Positions 61,632 to 64,000 of a stretch of 64,000 nt of DNA are shown piece by piece (within the stretch, counting starts at the first letter, position 1; every line of letters begins with the position of its first letter). The notes beneath the pieces are model-generated. The model ran no database searches. It was not told where the DNA came from and was given only the letters and a program-made list of their open reading frames with translations. The stretch lies in NCBI GenBank assembly GCA_024704765.1, contig JAKMXF010000327.1:282784-346783 (forward strand). The letters run 5' to 3'. Source of the DNA: Oopsacas minuta (lineage: Eukaryota; Animalia; Porifera). Made by a program: the position numbers and the translations under genes.

Positions 61632-64000
61632 GTTTAGTATATATGTTCAGTGTGTGTATCAATAAATACTGAAGCAATAAACGTTGTATAGTACTATTTC
61701 AAAATTATGTTTGAAGAAAATTGTCATTGACTTTGCCTTTTTGTATCATTAAAATGTTAAGTGTGTGTTTGTTTCAATTTATACTGAAGTAATACACTTA
61801 GTATAGGAATCTTTCACAATAATGTGTGTAGAAATTTGATATGGACTTTGCCTTGTTTGTATAGTATAAATGTTCAGTGTATGTTTGTATCAATTAATAC
61901 TGAAGTAATATACTTGGTAAGGTACTCTTTTACTATTCTGTTTGCCGAAATTTGATATGGACTTTGCCTTGTTTGTATAGTTAGAATGTTGAGTGTGTGT
62001 TTGTGTCACTTATACTGAAGTCATATACTTTGAATAGTTCTCTTTCACAATTCTTTATGTAGAAATTTGATATGGACTTTGCCTTGTTTGTATAGTTAGA
62101 ATGTTGAGTGTGTGTTTGTGTCACTTATACTGAAGTCATATACTTTGAATAGTTCTCTTTCACAATTCTTTATGTAGAAAGTTGATATTGACTTGGACTT
62201 GTTTGCATAGCATATATGTTCAGTGTGTGTTTATTTCATCTTGAACTGAAGTAATATACTTGGAATAGCACTCATGCACAATTCAGTGTGTCAAAATCAG
62301 GATATTGACTTGGATTTGATTGTATAGCATATAGGTTCAGTGTGTGTTTATATCAAATTGAAAGGAAGTAACATACTTGGTATAGCACTCTTTCACAATT
62401 CTGTGGGTAGAAATTTGATATTTACTTTGCCTTGTTTGTATAGTGTATATGTTCAGTATATGTTTGTTTCAACTTAAACAGAAGTAATATACAGTCAAGG
62501 GACAAAAGTATTCGACCACACAAATATATTGTCATAAATTGTATACTCTTTCCCGCTCCTATATATTGTGTAGTCTATATTCGTAGCTGCAATCTAGCAA
62601 TTTCCATAGAATAACATATGTTTTTCAAGAATTTCAAAAAAATATTTTCGATTTACACTTTCTGAAGGTGTTAATTATGAATAATTATTAGATAATTATT
62701 GATAATCAAATGTGTGGTAATTCAAAGCCTATTAAGAATCTATAATTTCTAACTTGATATTTGAATTCTACGTAGGCGAGTTACCCCAGATTAAAATTTC
62801 CAATCGGATTGAACAACTTTTACTAAAGTTATAGAAGAATTTCAATTTGTCCCACTTGTGTCACTTTTTGAAAAGTGGCACAGGTGGCAGGAAAAAGCGC
62901 CACTACAAGGAAATCAACTAGGGTTAGGAGGAATAAGTCAAAGTACTATTTTCGAATGATATGACTATGCTAACCCTTGAATTACAAAATAACTTCTTGG
63001 TAGCGGCCACTTGTGCCACCTTGGGCAAAAGGTGGCACAAATGGCACAAATTGGAATTCTTCTATAACTTTGGTAAAAGTTGTTCAATTCGATTGGAAAT
63101 TTCAATCTGGGGTAACTCGCCTACGTAGAATTCAAATATCAAGTCAGAAATTATAGATTCTTAATAGGCTTTGAATTAACACATATTTGATTATCAATAA
63201 TTATCTAATAATTATTGACAATTAACACCTTCAAAAAGTGTAAATCGAAAACATTTTTTTGAAATTCTTGAAAAACATATGTTATTCTATGGAAATTACT
63301 AGGTTGCAGCTACGAATATAGACTACACAATATATAGGAGCGGGAAAGAGTATACAATTTATGACAATATATTTGTGTGGTCGAATGCTTTTGTCCCTTG
63401 ACTGTACATTGAATAGTACTCTATAACAAATCAGTGTGTAGAAAAGTGATATTGACTGTACCTTGTTTGTATAGCATAAATGTTCAGTGTGTGTTTATTT
63501 CAACTTGAACTGAAGTAATATACTTCGTATGGGACTCTCTCACAATTATGTTGGTAGAAATTTGATATTGACTTGGACTTGTTATTGTTTTTAAAATACT
63601 CAGTGTTTGTCTGTTTCACTATATAATGAAGTAATATTCTTGAAATAGTACTCTTTCAGAAATCTGAGTGTCACAATTTGATATTGGCATGGACTTGTTT
63701 GTATAGTTAAAATACTCAGTGTGTGTATGTTTCATTTTATAATGAAGCAATGTACTTGGTATAGTACTCTTTCACAGATCTGAGTGTCAAAATTTGACAT
63801 TGACATGAACCTGTTTCTGTAGTTAAAATGCTCAGTGTGTGTCTGTTTAACTTTATACTGGAGTAATATACATGAAATAGTACTCTTTCACAACTGAGTG
63901 CCACAATTTGATATTGGCATGGACTTGTTTGTATAGTTAAAATACTCAGTGTGTGTATGTTTCATTTTATAATGAAGCAATGTACTTGGTATAGTACTCT
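61632..64000. repeat. ~115-117-bp dimeric satellite of the same ~58-bp family (runs off the window end)
   Basis: atgtt(c/g)agtg at 61871, 61986, 62101 and 62216, a 115-bp period. Confidence 0.92.
62492..63404. mobile_element. Second copy of the 915-bp long-TIR MITE, inserted in satellite
   Basis: CAGTCAAGGGACAAAAG...CTTTTGTCCCTTGACTG with TA TSD. The central spacer is in opposite orientation to the 12814 copy. Confidence 0.95.

Noticed and set aside
48001-64000. Satellite arrays as CRISPR-like repeat-spacer arrays, or as coding repeats (many 60-120 aa ORFs in the track)
   Set aside because: Units are diverged along their whole length with no constant repeat and unique spacer. The period of ~58 is not a multiple of 3, and the ORFs are chance products of low-complexity repeats.
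1-64000. rRNA, tRNA or snRNA genes
   Set aside because: None recognisable by eye. A covariance-model scan (tRNAscan-SE/Infernal) would be needed to exclude them.

Overview
AT-rich eukaryotic DNA, probably from an invertebrate animal. Introns are short GT-AG; the taxon cannot be fixed from sequence. The only host gene I can recognise is an intact, intronless proteasome alpha-1 subunit (PSMA1, 23118-23888, minus). Almost everything else is a nested transposon landscape. It includes five hAT elements or fragments of the Buster/GTF2IRD2 and Tip100 types plus one other hAT fragment, seven Tc1/mariner elements (DD34D, DD34E, 2x DD37E, 3x DD37D), a full-length P element inside a CR1/L2-type LINE, two Harbinger-family elements, a Merlin element, a Chapaev-like fossil, a MULE, and MITEs. 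A ~58-bp satellite family forms the backbone of 31.5-64 kb and also occurs at 9.1-12.5 kb. The most unusual items are three. (i) A ~3.1-kb element (35163-48000 once three nested insertions are removed) with two convergent intron-containing genes: an NRF1/EWG-like DNA-binding domain fused to a Ulp1-type protease, and a KDZ/Zisupton-like transposase N-terminus. Each of its inverted ends carries the NRF1 recognition palindrome ~225 bp upstream of an ATG. (ii) A Ginger-type integrase followed by a USP-like cysteine-protease domain. (iii) A MULE containing a spacerless inverted duplication of its transposase gene, reminiscent of maize Mu killer. All family assignments come from motifs read by eye, not from database searches.
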